NCBI GenBank assembly: GCA_050295955.1
Contig: JBNKQQ010000033.1
Coordinates: 76,988-140,987, forward strand
From: Thiohalomonadales bacterium
GTDB lineage: Bacteria; Pseudomonadota; Gammaproteobacteria; RBG-16-57-12
Direction of reading: 5' to 3'
Length of the DNA: 64,000 bases
Part shown: one piece after another, positions 32,647-41,035 of the stretch
How the letters are laid out: every line of letters begins with the position of its first letter
How positions within the stretch are numbered: the first letter of the stretch is position 1
Position numbers and translations under genes: made by a program
Notes under the pieces: generated by a model
The model's input: the letters and a program-made list of their open reading frames with translations, nothing else
Databases searched by the model: none
Told to the model about the DNA's origin: nothing

Positions 32647-32745
32647 CAACAAGAGAGGGTGCAGAAAATCGAAGTGCCAATACGGGATTAGGGACTGCTT
32701 CAGAAGTTTCCAGGAAAGAGAGCCGGCGAAAGCCGGCTTTTTTAT
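32647..32745. repeat. direct repeat copy B2 (relic of sulfatase 3' end + terminator)
   Basis: It translates in the equivalent frame to QQERVQKIEVPIRD*, compared with the sulfatase C-terminus QQEIAQKIEVPIRN*. It ends in the same gccggcgaaagccggc hairpin, with a better T-run. Confidence 0.8.
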
Positions 32746-32936
32746 AATCGATTGTCTTTTCAGGGGTTTTACATAAGTAGGGGTATAGCGGCTAATTTAA
32801 GGCTAGTTTATGGCTAATTGTTTTATTGATTTCAAGAAAGCTGGACTTCAACAAACTCATCAAGCTAAACCTGAGAAAAGTGCAAGGCACAGGGCGAGGC
32901 ACTTATTATGTGTTAGCTACAGCTTAGTGCCAATCC

Positions 32937-33194
32937 TCAATCAAGCGCCACCTTTGTGATCATCACAGCATCACTCTCCAACTGCTCTGCCTGTTTAAGC
33001 ACCAGATTCGTGATTGCCTGAATCGTGGCTTGCACCTCTTCAGTGTAATCGGGTTGGCCCATTAGCATGGGCAACTGGCTGCGTAGCACTTTGATCATTC
33101 GCTTTATCTCACGAACCAACAAGCGGCGATCGATACCACAGCGATCAGCAAAATCGGCCCAATTAAATGCGCGGACTTTATGATAGCGGCTCAA
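32937..33194 (-). CDS. hypothetical protein (downstream of XRE regulator, overlapping)
   Basis: It is an 85-aa ORF that overlaps the XRE gene stop by 17 nt. No motif was recognised. Confidence 0.35.
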   Translation of the reverse strand: MSRYHKVRAFNWADFADRCGIDRRLLVREIKRMIKVLRSQLPMLMGQPDYTEEVQATIQAITNLVLKQAEQLESDAVMITKVALD

Positions 33195-33483
33195 TGGCCG
33201 CCAGGGTCTTTGGTAACTTTGCTTTAGGCACTGCCAACAGGATCAAACCCAATTGCTGCGCTACCGCCAAAGCCTTATTCAGGCCGACAGAGCGACGGCC
33301 ATTCTCCAAATCAGAAAGCAGTTGCACCGAAACCCCACACAAAGCCGCCGCATCATCAATGCGCAGCTGCTGCTGAGTCCGCAAACTTCGGATAAACGCC
33401 CCAAAAGCCTCCGCCGAATCAACCTGAGGGGAGTCAGGAAAAGGACGTGGTGTAATTTTTCTCGCCATAGAATATTTCTCCAA
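33178..33483 (-). CDS. XRE-family HTH transcriptional regulator (antitoxin-like)
   Basis: It carries the HTH_XRE signature LRTQQQLRIDDAAALCGVSVQLLSDLENG. Confidence 0.8.
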   Translation of the reverse strand: MEKYSMARKITPRPFPDSPQVDSAEAFGAFIRSLRTQQQLRIDDAAALCGVSVQLLSDLENGRRSVGLNKALAVAQQLGLILLAVPKAKLPKTLAAIEPLS

Positions 33484-33852
33484 TATGAGAAACTATGGAT
33501 GATAATTGGCAGGAATGGCAATAATTACTCGAAAATGAGAAATAAAGTGGATGAATAGCCTGGAAAGGAAATAATTTATTAAATATGAGAAATAAATGGA
33601 GTGATTATCGAATGTGATTGCTTTTTTCTGCGGCTTGTAGGTTGGACGTCCTTGGTTTTAGGACAAAGGACAGAAAAGAGAGAAAGTAAGGGAAAAGTCT
33701 AGTGCTCAACTTAAGGAATCAACTTGTGCTGATCTCTTATTTACATTGCAATGTAATTTCAGGGTGGTATTTGACCGTTTTTGACAAAATTAACCTTTTA
33801 ATTTGATTGATGCCTGGGTAGGGTATATAAGTAAGTCAGATATCGTCAAATA

Positions 33853-35145
33853 ATGGGGTCTAATGGAATGCTTGTAGAGTTTAGTGTTGCAAATTTTCGC
33901 TCAATTCAGCAGCGGCAGACCTTGAGCTTGATCCAATCGAAGCTGAAAGAAGCTGCTAGTCTCAAAGAAAATAGTTTTAATAACAATGGGTTATCAGCTT
34001 TGTCCTTGCTTCGCTCCAGTGCGATTTATGGCCCTAATGCAGCGGGTAAAAGCAATCTTTTGCTTGCTCTACGGGAGATGAAGCGGTTGGTAGTGGCGTC
34101 ATCTACTGAGATGCAGCGGGGAGACGAGCTGGATATTATTCCGTTTCGTTTGGATGCTGATTCTCGACAATCTCCCAGTGAGTTTGAGGCTATTTTTATC
34201 ACTGAGGGTGTTCGCTACCAATATGGCTTTGCTGCTACCAATAGCCGAATTATTGAAGAGTGGTTGATTGCCTTTCCTAAGGGGCGTGCCCAGCACTGGT
34301 TTGCTCGTCAGTGGGATGAAGCGCAAAGTGAATACCAATGGCAGATGGGTAATGGCCTTCAAGGGCAAAAGCAACTATGGATGGACGCTACCCGCTCTAA
34401 TGCCTTGTTTCTTTCAACGGCTGTTCAGCTCAATAGTCAACAGCTACAGCCAGTGTTTGATTGGTTTTCTGAAATGCTTCGGATGACCAGTGTTTCGGGA
34501 TGGTCCCCTGGTTTTACTGCTTCACTGTGCGATAAGCCTGCCTCAAAAGATAAGGTGATGGATTTTCTTAGAGCAGCAGATATTGATATTGATGACGTAG
34601 TAGTTGAGAAGAAGAAGTTTGATTATAAAGATCTGCCAGATGAAATGCCCGATGAGGTGAGACAAGAACTTCGCCAGAAGCTGGAAGGGAAGGAGTTGAT
34701 TTCTAAATTAAGTACTGTTCATCGGGATAGACAAGGCGGGCCAGTCACCTTTGATTTTGATGAAGAGTCTGATGGGACGCAGAAGCTTTTTTCATTTGCA
34801 GGTCCTTGGCTGGATACGCTGGAAAAAGGTTATGTTTTGGTGATTGATGAGTTACACGATAACCTTCATCCAAAACTGGTTCAGTTCTTGGTTAAGCTTT
34901 TTCATAGTGATAAAACTAATCCTAAAAATGCTCAGCTGGTATTTACCACCCACGAAACATCTATTCTTAGTAGTGAAGTGTTTCGTCGTGATCAAATTTG
35001 GTTCTGTGAAAAAGGTGCCTCCCGAGAAACTCAGCTTTTCCCTCTGACTGACTTTGGTGCAAGAACAAGGGAGAATTTAGAAATGGCTTATTTAGCCGGG
35101 CGCTTTGGTGCATTGCCTTTTACCCGTGAATTAAAACGAGTATAA
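33853..35145 (+). CDS. AAA/ABC-like ATPase (AAA_21/RloA/OLD-N-terminal type)
   Basis: It has an N-terminal P-loop IYGPNAAGKSNLL, a Walker B/D-loop region VLVIDELHDNLHP and a C-terminal FTTHETSIL, which is the typical AAA_21 abortive-infection ATPase layout. Confidence 0.85.
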   Translation: MGSNGMLVEFSVANFRSIQQRQTLSLIQSKLKEAASLKENSFNNNGLSALSLLRSSAIYGPNAAGKSNLLLALREMKRLVVASSTEMQRGDELDIIPFRLDADSRQSPSEFEAIFITEGVRYQYGFAATNSRIIEEWLIAFPKGRAQHWFARQWDEAQSEYQWQMGNGLQGQKQLWMDATRSNALFLSTAVQLNSQQLQPVFDWFSEMLRMTSVSGWSPGFTASLCDKPASKDKVMDFLRAADIDIDDVVVEKKKFDYKDLPDEMPDEVRQELRQKLEGKELISKLSTVHRDRQGGPVTFDFDEESDGTQKLFSFAGPWLDTLEKGYVLVIDELHDNLHPKLVQFLVKLFHSDKTNPKNAQLVFTTHETSILSSEVFRRDQIWFCEKGASRETQLFPLTDFGARTRENLEMAYLAGRFGALPFTRELKRV

Positions 35146-35150
35146 GAAAT

Positions 35151-35828
35151 ATGGGGGGAGGTGATAAGCTTTTTCAAAAGCGAAAGGCAAAAAATACTGA
35201 AGGCCTACGTAGGAAGCAGGCAAAGCGCTCTCCCTATGATAAGGTGTTGATTGTCTGTGAGGGGGAGAAAACCGAGCCCAACTATTTTCGTGAGTTAAGG
35301 GATTACTACCGACTGAATACGGCCAATGTAGAGGTGACAGGGGAGTGTGGTTCATCACCTATTAACGTTTTGCAGAAGGCTCAGGAGCTATATCGAGAGG
35401 CTCAGCGTAATATACCCTTTGACCGGGTTTATTGTGTGTTTGATAAAGATACCCATCAAACGTATGGTCAGGTTTTAAATGCCATAGACTCTTTGTCACC
35501 TAAAGAAACTTTCTTCGCGATCAATTCTGTACCTTGTTTTGAATATTGGTTGTTGCTGCATTTCTGTTATACCACTCAACCATTTTACGGAACCAATGGT
35601 GGCAAGAGTGCCGGGGATCAGGTGTTAGAAGAATTAAAAGTATACATTCCCAATTATGCTAAGGGGAATCAAGGCTATTTTGAAGCGCTGATACCACAGT
35701 TGCCTCAGGCAATCGCATACGCTAAGCGGGCGCTTGCGGAAGCGCAGAAAAGCGATACAGACAATCCAAGCACACATATACATGAGTTGATAGAGTACCT
35801 TCAGGGATTGGCTGTTGCTAATAACTAA
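35151..35828 (+). CDS. RloB-like / OLD-TOPRIM-like protein, partner of the AAA ATPase
   Basis: It is a 225-aa protein with LIVCEGEKTEPNYF (a TOPRIM-like acidic motif) and it lies 5 bp downstream of the ATPase gene. Confidence 0.6.
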   Translation: MGGGDKLFQKRKAKNTEGLRRKQAKRSPYDKVLIVCEGEKTEPNYFRELRDYYRLNTANVEVTGECGSSPINVLQKAQELYREAQRNIPFDRVYCVFDKDTHQTYGQVLNAIDSLSPKETFFAINSVPCFEYWLLLHFCYTTQPFYGTNGGKSAGDQVLEELKVYIPNYAKGNQGYFEALIPQLPQAIAYAKRALAEAQKSDTDNPSTHIHELIEYLQGLAVANN

Positions 35829-35917
35829 AGTCTGTAGCCAGTAGATTGATGCTGAGCTTGCGAAGCCCAACATAAGCCGCTGATATTTGAGTTAAGTATG
35901 CTGCACGTAATAAGGCA

Positions 35918-35975
35918 CATGTGAATAAGCCAAGTAGGGAGACACATTTTTTATGTCCACAGAAAAATGCTACAT
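35918..35975. repeat. direct repeat copy C1, paired with 36425..36482
   Basis: The sequence aagccaagtagggag(a/g)ca(c/t)atttttt(a/g)tg(t/c)ccac(a/g)gaaaaat is about 85% identical between the copies. Confidence 0.7.
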
Positions 35976-36063
35976 GACTTAAGTGCACTATCTGATATTA
36001 AAAAATAGGATCAATGGGAGATCTCATTGATTTATTGTTTTATTTAATTAAGGTTGATGAAAT

Positions 36064-36426
36064 ATGATGAAAAAGCTAATTATGCTAGTTTGTTTTATGA
36101 TGGTTACATGCTCTGCTTTTGCAGACCCTGTTAGTATCGCAAAAGGGACGGCAGCAAATTATACCGGAAAGATAGCAAGCGTTGGCGTTGGATTTTATGA
36201 ACATGTAGGAGTTCGTCTTTCCGGTGGTGACACTTGCCATGGAAGTAATATTATAGTTTTGCTTAATACTGACCCTCAATATAAAGAGATGTATTCTTTG
36301 CTACTTTCTGCATATACAACACAATCTGAGATAAACATCCATCAGTTAGGTGCTCAAGACTCGACTTTTGGGATTGGTTATTGCGTAATCAATTATATTT
36401 CACTTGGGGATTTCCCTAATTGGTAA
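36064..36426 (+). CDS. small secreted protein, unknown function
   Basis: It has the signal peptide MMKKLIMLVCFMMVTCSAFA and is 120 aa. It is bracketed by ~50-bp direct repeats. Confidence 0.5.
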   Translation: MMKKLIMLVCFMMVTCSAFADPVSIAKGTAANYTGKIASVGVGFYEHVGVRLSGGDTCHGSNIIVLLNTDPQYKEMYSLLLSAYTTQSEINIHQLGAQDSTFGIGYCVINYISLGDFPNW

Positions 36427-36482
36427 TCAAGCCAAGTAGGGAGGCATATTTTTTGTGCCCACGGAAAAATACCTCTTCATGA
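36425..36482. repeat. direct repeat copy C2
   Basis: See copy C1. Confidence 0.7.
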
Positions 36483-36569
36483 TAGTGAGCTGTCGATGAT
36501 AACTCATTTTATGTGATGAACTGATTAGCTTTCGCGTGGGCACAAAATGCGTGCCCACCCTACATTGCT

Positions 36570-37460
36570 TTATTTCGAGGTGTTACTCAAACCCAACATC
36601 CTCTTCTTACAAACCTCTTCTGTCAGCACTTGTAATTTTTTCACTCTCTCTTCCAAATAGTTAAGCTCTTCTTCACTAATGCTGTAGTGCTCTGAATATC
36701 GTGCATCGATATAGGCATTTTTTAGCTGTGCGAAGCAGCGGCGTTGGAATTTGGTGTTGCCGGGGAAGGTGTCGTGGTAGCGGCCATCCTGTTGGTTGCA
36801 GAGGGAGCGTAGGCGTTTTAGGTTGTGGGTTTTGGGGAGGTAGTTGGTGGTGACGAGTAATGTGCAGGCGAAGAAGCGTTCTGTGGCTTGGTGTAATTCA
36901 AAAGCCGCTTTATTTAGCTTTCCTCTACTTTTGTCAAAGTTAGATGTAATAAGAAAGTCTGAAGCGCTTTCGAACCATTTTTCAAAATGCTTTTCCGCAA
37001 TTTCTTTTTGTTCTTCCACTGTGAGTTTGCCGGGTGGTACAAGCGCTTTATTTCCAGTGGTGTAGAGTTCGATGCCTTGTTCGCGGATGTCTTTGAAGAA
37101 GTACTGGCCTTGGGCTAGGCATGTGTTGATGTCGTCCAGGGTATGGACGATGAGGCCGAAGGGGGCGTTAATTTTGAGATCCACCCAGTCTTCAATTTTG
37201 TGCCATAGCTTGCTCTCATCTGGCAGCTCAGCATGGTTCACGATTACCAGAATATCATAGTCACTGAGGTAGCCATTTTCTGGGTCTTCTACCCAGTTGC
37301 CAGTGGCGTAGCTACCGAAGAGAATGATCTTATAGATACGGGCGCCCAGTTTGTTGCCTTCACCATGGGTGAAGCGGTCGAACTCCTCCCGTACGATATT
37401 GACGATAGTCTGAATATCGCGCTGCTTGGTTTCTGGTAAATGATCGAGGCTGGTTTTCAT
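36570..37460 (-). CDS. fused nucleotidyltransferase (MNT-like) + HEPN domain protein
   Basis: The N-terminus has GSYATG...DYDILV, the minimal NTase GS...DxD motif. The C-terminus is a helical domain with DARYSEHY, an R-x-x-x-H HEPN-like motif. Confidence 0.65.
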   Translation of the reverse strand: MKTSLDHLPETKQRDIQTIVNIVREEFDRFTHGEGNKLGARIYKIILFGSYATGNWVEDPENGYLSDYDILVIVNHAELPDESKLWHKIEDWVDLKINAPFGLIVHTLDDINTCLAQGQYFFKDIREQGIELYTTGNKALVPPGKLTVEEQKEIAEKHFEKWFESASDFLITSNFDKSRGKLNKAAFELHQATERFFACTLLVTTNYLPKTHNLKRLRSLCNQQDGRYHDTFPGNTKFQRRCFAQLKNAYIDARYSEHYSISEEELNYLEERVKKLQVLTEEVCKKRMLGLSNTSK

Positions 37461-37546
37461 CGCTTCATCATACTATGGGGCGGGTTTTGATCCAACTGGT
37501 GGTTGAGGGGGCCCCCTTGCGTGCAACCCCCTGTGCTGATGACGCT

Positions 37547-38641
37547 TTATTTAGACAAATGATGTTTCTCTCGCTCAAAGCGTTTCAATATCACCTCTTG
37601 CTCTCGCTTATGCAGAATATCCAATGAATCTAGTTCGTTTTGCTGTTGTTGGATCAGTTGGACCTTTTCACCTTCTGTGACTTCCACCAGTTGTTGTTTG
37701 TGAATCTTAGCCATGCTTTTATCTTCAGCCTGATGGTAGATGTTGAGTGCGCTGAGGATGTTTTTATGGCTTTTGGCTAGTTCAGCCGCGTTGTAGTGCT
37801 GATAGTTCAGAGAGGGGGCCGGTGGGGAGAGTTCACTGTTTAAATCGATGGTGGGTCTGAATATCGCAGCCTGATTTTCCCCGACATGTGTCATGGCAAC
37901 GGCATCTGGAAAGGTAACATCTACCAGTGAGACGAGCCTTAATGTCGGTGAGGATTCGTCAAACAGTTGGAGTGGGTCAATGCCAACGTTAAAGATACCT
38001 GCGTCACTGACTTTATAGCGACTTTCGGAGTGGGTCTGCGCTAATAGGGTGGGATTTCTGCCTGCCATGATAATGGCTTTGGCATGTAGGTTACTGGAAA
38101 AAATTTTTTTAGCCGGGACGAATGACCATGAGTAGAGATCAATACTCTCTAGTTGCTGATCGTTTAACATGGTCTCCCCATTGTTAAGCTCGAAGGCGGG
38201 TGAGAGTGGCGCCCAGCCTATTACCTCGTTACTACTGCGCCAGGCAACCCACGCTGGTGCCCACTGGGTACCGGGTTTCCAGGCCCAGCCATATTCAGGG
38301 TGAAACATCCAGCGCCCATAGTGGAAGGGGGCCCATCCCCAGGACCAGCCGGATAGCCATACCCAGCCATTGGCCTGATCATAAGCCCATTGACCAATTG
38401 TGTAGGGGCGCCAATCCGCTGGGGTTGCGGTGGGAATCCAAAGGAATTCACCCTTATCGGATTCAACCCAATCACCGTGATGGGCAAGCTCTTCGTAAAA
38501 CAGCCCCACATCAGAGTGGATATCCACAATGATATGGGAGGCATGGGATGTTGATATCAATAACAGCAATAGCATTGCCGCCAATCCCCAGTACTGCAAC
38601 TGATTGGATAGAATGATCATTATTGGCTCCTTATCGAGCAT
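37547..38641 (-). CDS. Trp-rich secreted protein with C-terminal coiled coil, unknown function
   Basis: It has a signal peptide, dense GWxW/YGWAW repeats and a charged C-terminal coiled coil. Confidence 0.55.
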   Translation of the reverse strand: MLDKEPIMIILSNQLQYWGLAAMLLLLLISTSHASHIIVDIHSDVGLFYEELAHHGDWVESDKGEFLWIPTATPADWRPYTIGQWAYDQANGWVWLSGWSWGWAPFHYGRWMFHPEYGWAWKPGTQWAPAWVAWRSSNEVIGWAPLSPAFELNNGETMLNDQQLESIDLYSWSFVPAKKIFSSNLHAKAIIMAGRNPTLLAQTHSESRYKVSDAGIFNVGIDPLQLFDESSPTLRLVSLVDVTFPDAVAMTHVGENQAAIFRPTIDLNSELSPPAPSLNYQHYNAAELAKSHKNILSALNIYHQAEDKSMAKIHKQQLVEVTEGEKVQLIQQQQNELDSLDILHKREQEVILKRFEREKHHLSK

Positions 38642-38839
38642 AACGACTGATGGATTAAATAGATAGGGTGATTTGTCTTTCTGAAAAAGTATAGCAGGTG
38701 GGCTGAGGAGTGGTTATTACCCTATAGATTGGGTATGAGTGTGGGCTTGTTAGTACTCGTTTCTTGTCGTGGCAATAAAGGCACTCCTTTTCAAGGGGGT
38801 GCCCACTATTTTGACCGTAGGGGAAGTTGTTTATTGTTG

Positions 38840-40930
38840 CTACTTCCCAGAAAGGTCTATAAATGTAATTGGGCCACTAGTGAATGAATTAGGGATGCTT
38901 AGGTTAGCTGACCCTGACTCCTCAGTTGAGCGATAGAGCCCATTATCCATATCTTCCAATCCATCTGGGTTTGCAAAGGTGGCAGCGGGGATTTGATACA
39001 GATATTTATAGGTTGATCTACGTATAATGGGTGATGGATGATAGCCACTAATATCTGCTTCGGTGCCATTTTGCTTCAGTGTTTTTTCACTGTATGAAAG
39101 GGCGAGTTGAGTGGTACTACTGAAATCTGCGTTTAGCGTCAAGTTATCTGCGCCTGTTATTGGAACAGCTTGATAATTTACTATCCCAGCTTGTTGTGAA
39201 GGTGAGAGTGAAGTTAATGTGCCTTGCTCATCAAATGAGAGAAGGACGGGTTGACCAGATGTTAGGCCGATGGGTAGCAGTTCTTTATTATCCAGCTCTG
39301 TATATAGCTCCCACTGGTTATTTCCCTCTATCTTACGGTAATAGTGGCGTAGGCTATAAGTACCCCCTAGGGAGTCATAGACATTGATTTCTGAGCTGTG
39401 GTGATAACTGTTGCTGTCAGATGATGAGAAGGGTATAGCGCTATTAATTGCTAAAACCCAGGCATTAAGGTTGAGGCTTAATGTGATGAGATCAGTGGCA
39501 GCGGGTGAGATGGTATAACCCCAGCCAAAGTAGCCTGAGTGAGTCGGTATATTAAAGTCAAATATACCTCTGAGATAGCTGCCCACATCAATATTAACTC
39601 CTGATAGATAGCCTTTAGAGAATCCATTTTGGTATAAGCGAATATCAGTACTTGGACTTTTATATTGAAGTATATGGGGGACATCCAGATTGAATGGGAT
39701 AGCTTCACCTTCAAGGGTATAGAAGGTACTGAAGGCAATATTATGGTAATCATCACCGGGTGTACTGCTTGCTATGTTCCCCGCCGTATCGAAAGTCAGG
39801 AGTACGGGCTCACCAGCGCCATTACCGTCTGCAGGAACATCTTGCTGATCGATAGTGACATACATCTCCCATAGGTTACTCTCGGTGGGAAGAATCTTCC
39901 GGTAGTAGGTCTCCAGGGTGTGTTCCATGCTCTGTGAATCATAAATCGAAAGACTATTTTTGTGGTGATAACTTTCTGGGCTGGAGGGTGTGAATGGGAT
40001 GCTTGTTGGCTCAAAGGGTGTTGATGAGGCATCCAGATTTAACCAGATTGATACCGATGTTGTTGCTGAAGCGGCTATTGGTTCTATTGGTAGCTGAATG
40101 TCTTCGAGCTCTTCGATAGCCTGGGGTCGTGGGCCCATTGCAGATTGTACAGGATAGGCTTGCAGCTTAAGGCCATTGGAATCACTGAGATAGCCGTACT
40201 TATCCATTTGCAGTTCTGCTAGTTGTGTAAAACGGGTAGATTCACCACGATTTAACTGTAGAAAAGCTTTTTTATTAATAGTAAGAAAGTTTTGATAGAC
40301 AATAGAGCTTGCCGCGCAGCTTATATCACTAGTAGATGAACCTGGGATTAAGCCAACTCCCTCGGTACCACTCAACGCAATATGAGCTGTGCCAGAGTTA
40401 TCACTCTCTTCGCACACATCATGGTTTTTTTCTAATAGATTTTGTGGGCTGTTGAAACGGGCAAGCGGGAGATGGCCTAATTTGAGTTCATTGTAGTCAC
40501 TATAGTGTGCTATGACTGTACCATCGAGTTGAGTATAAATGCTTTCCAGTGGTATACCAGCACTGGAGAGTGGTGCTTCAGCATCGATTAAAACCAGCGG
40601 CGATTCATTGCTGTTGTTTGGGCTTAGTTGAAAATATTTGCCTGAAGGGTGGCGGAGTTTACCATTCTCGTCAACACATAAGGAGCCGTTGCGGCTATAG
40701 CTTTGCTGTTCTCCATCGGAGAGGATAAAAAGGCTATTGCCTTCGATATTACCAAGTGAGTCGAAAAGGACAACTGGGTTATTTAAGCAGTAGCTGCTAT
40801 TTGTGCTGGTGGTATCATTGCTGGATTCACTGCTTGGGCCTGGGTCCGGTTCATTCTCTTCGCTACAACCGACAATGGCTGAGAGCATGATAATCAGAAG
40901 ATAAAATCGGTAGGCTGGTGGGTAATGCAC
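38840..40930 (-). CDS. lipoprotein with tandem ~75-aa internal repeats, unknown function
   Basis: It has the lipobox LSAIVGC. Two homologous segments, SSPESYHHKNSLSIYDSQ...VLLTFDTAGNI and SSDSNSYHHSSEINVYDS...VLLSFDEQGTL, are present. Confidence 0.55.
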   Translation of the reverse strand: MHYPPAYRFYLLIIMLSAIVGCSEENEPDPGPSSESSNDTTSTNSSYCLNNPVVLFDSLGNIEGNSLFILSDGEQQSYSRNGSLCVDENGKLRHPSGKYFQLSPNNSNESPLVLIDAEAPLSSAGIPLESIYTQLDGTVIAHYSDYNELKLGHLPLARFNSPQNLLEKNHDVCEESDNSGTAHIALSGTEGVGLIPGSSTSDISCAASSIVYQNFLTINKKAFLQLNRGESTRFTQLAELQMDKYGYLSDSNGLKLQAYPVQSAMGPRPQAIEELEDIQLPIEPIAASATTSVSIWLNLDASSTPFEPTSIPFTPSSPESYHHKNSLSIYDSQSMEHTLETYYRKILPTESNLWEMYVTIDQQDVPADGNGAGEPVLLTFDTAGNIASSTPGDDYHNIAFSTFYTLEGEAIPFNLDVPHILQYKSPSTDIRLYQNGFSKGYLSGVNIDVGSYLRGIFDFNIPTHSGYFGWGYTISPAATDLITLSLNLNAWVLAINSAIPFSSSDSNSYHHSSEINVYDSLGGTYSLRHYYRKIEGNNQWELYTELDNKELLPIGLTSGQPVLLSFDEQGTLTSLSPSQQAGIVNYQAVPITGADNLTLNADFSSTTQLALSYSEKTLKQNGTEADISGYHPSPIIRRSTYKYLYQIPAATFANPDGLEDMDNGLYRSTEESGSANLSIPNSFTSGPITFIDLSGK

Positions 40931-41035
40931 GCTTCCGCTCCATGGAGAAATAAACTTCCTTATCCTACCTTATTCCAAATATGGTTGAAAGATTTCATTG
41001 CGCTTTATTGGGATGATTATTCATTGTCATGAGCA

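Noticed and set aside
32937-33483. HipBA-type toxin–antitoxin
   Set aside because: The XRE (HipB-like) gene is followed only by an 85-aa ORF and there is no ~440-aa HipA kinase. It could be a remnant, but a TA pair cannot be supported from sequence.
18905-36500. Integron (the recombinase as IntI plus a cassette array)
   Set aside because: The recombinase is 217 aa, not the ~320-aa IntI with its extra domain. No attI/attC-like sites were recognised. Each cassette has its own private direct-repeat pair rather than a single 3' attC.
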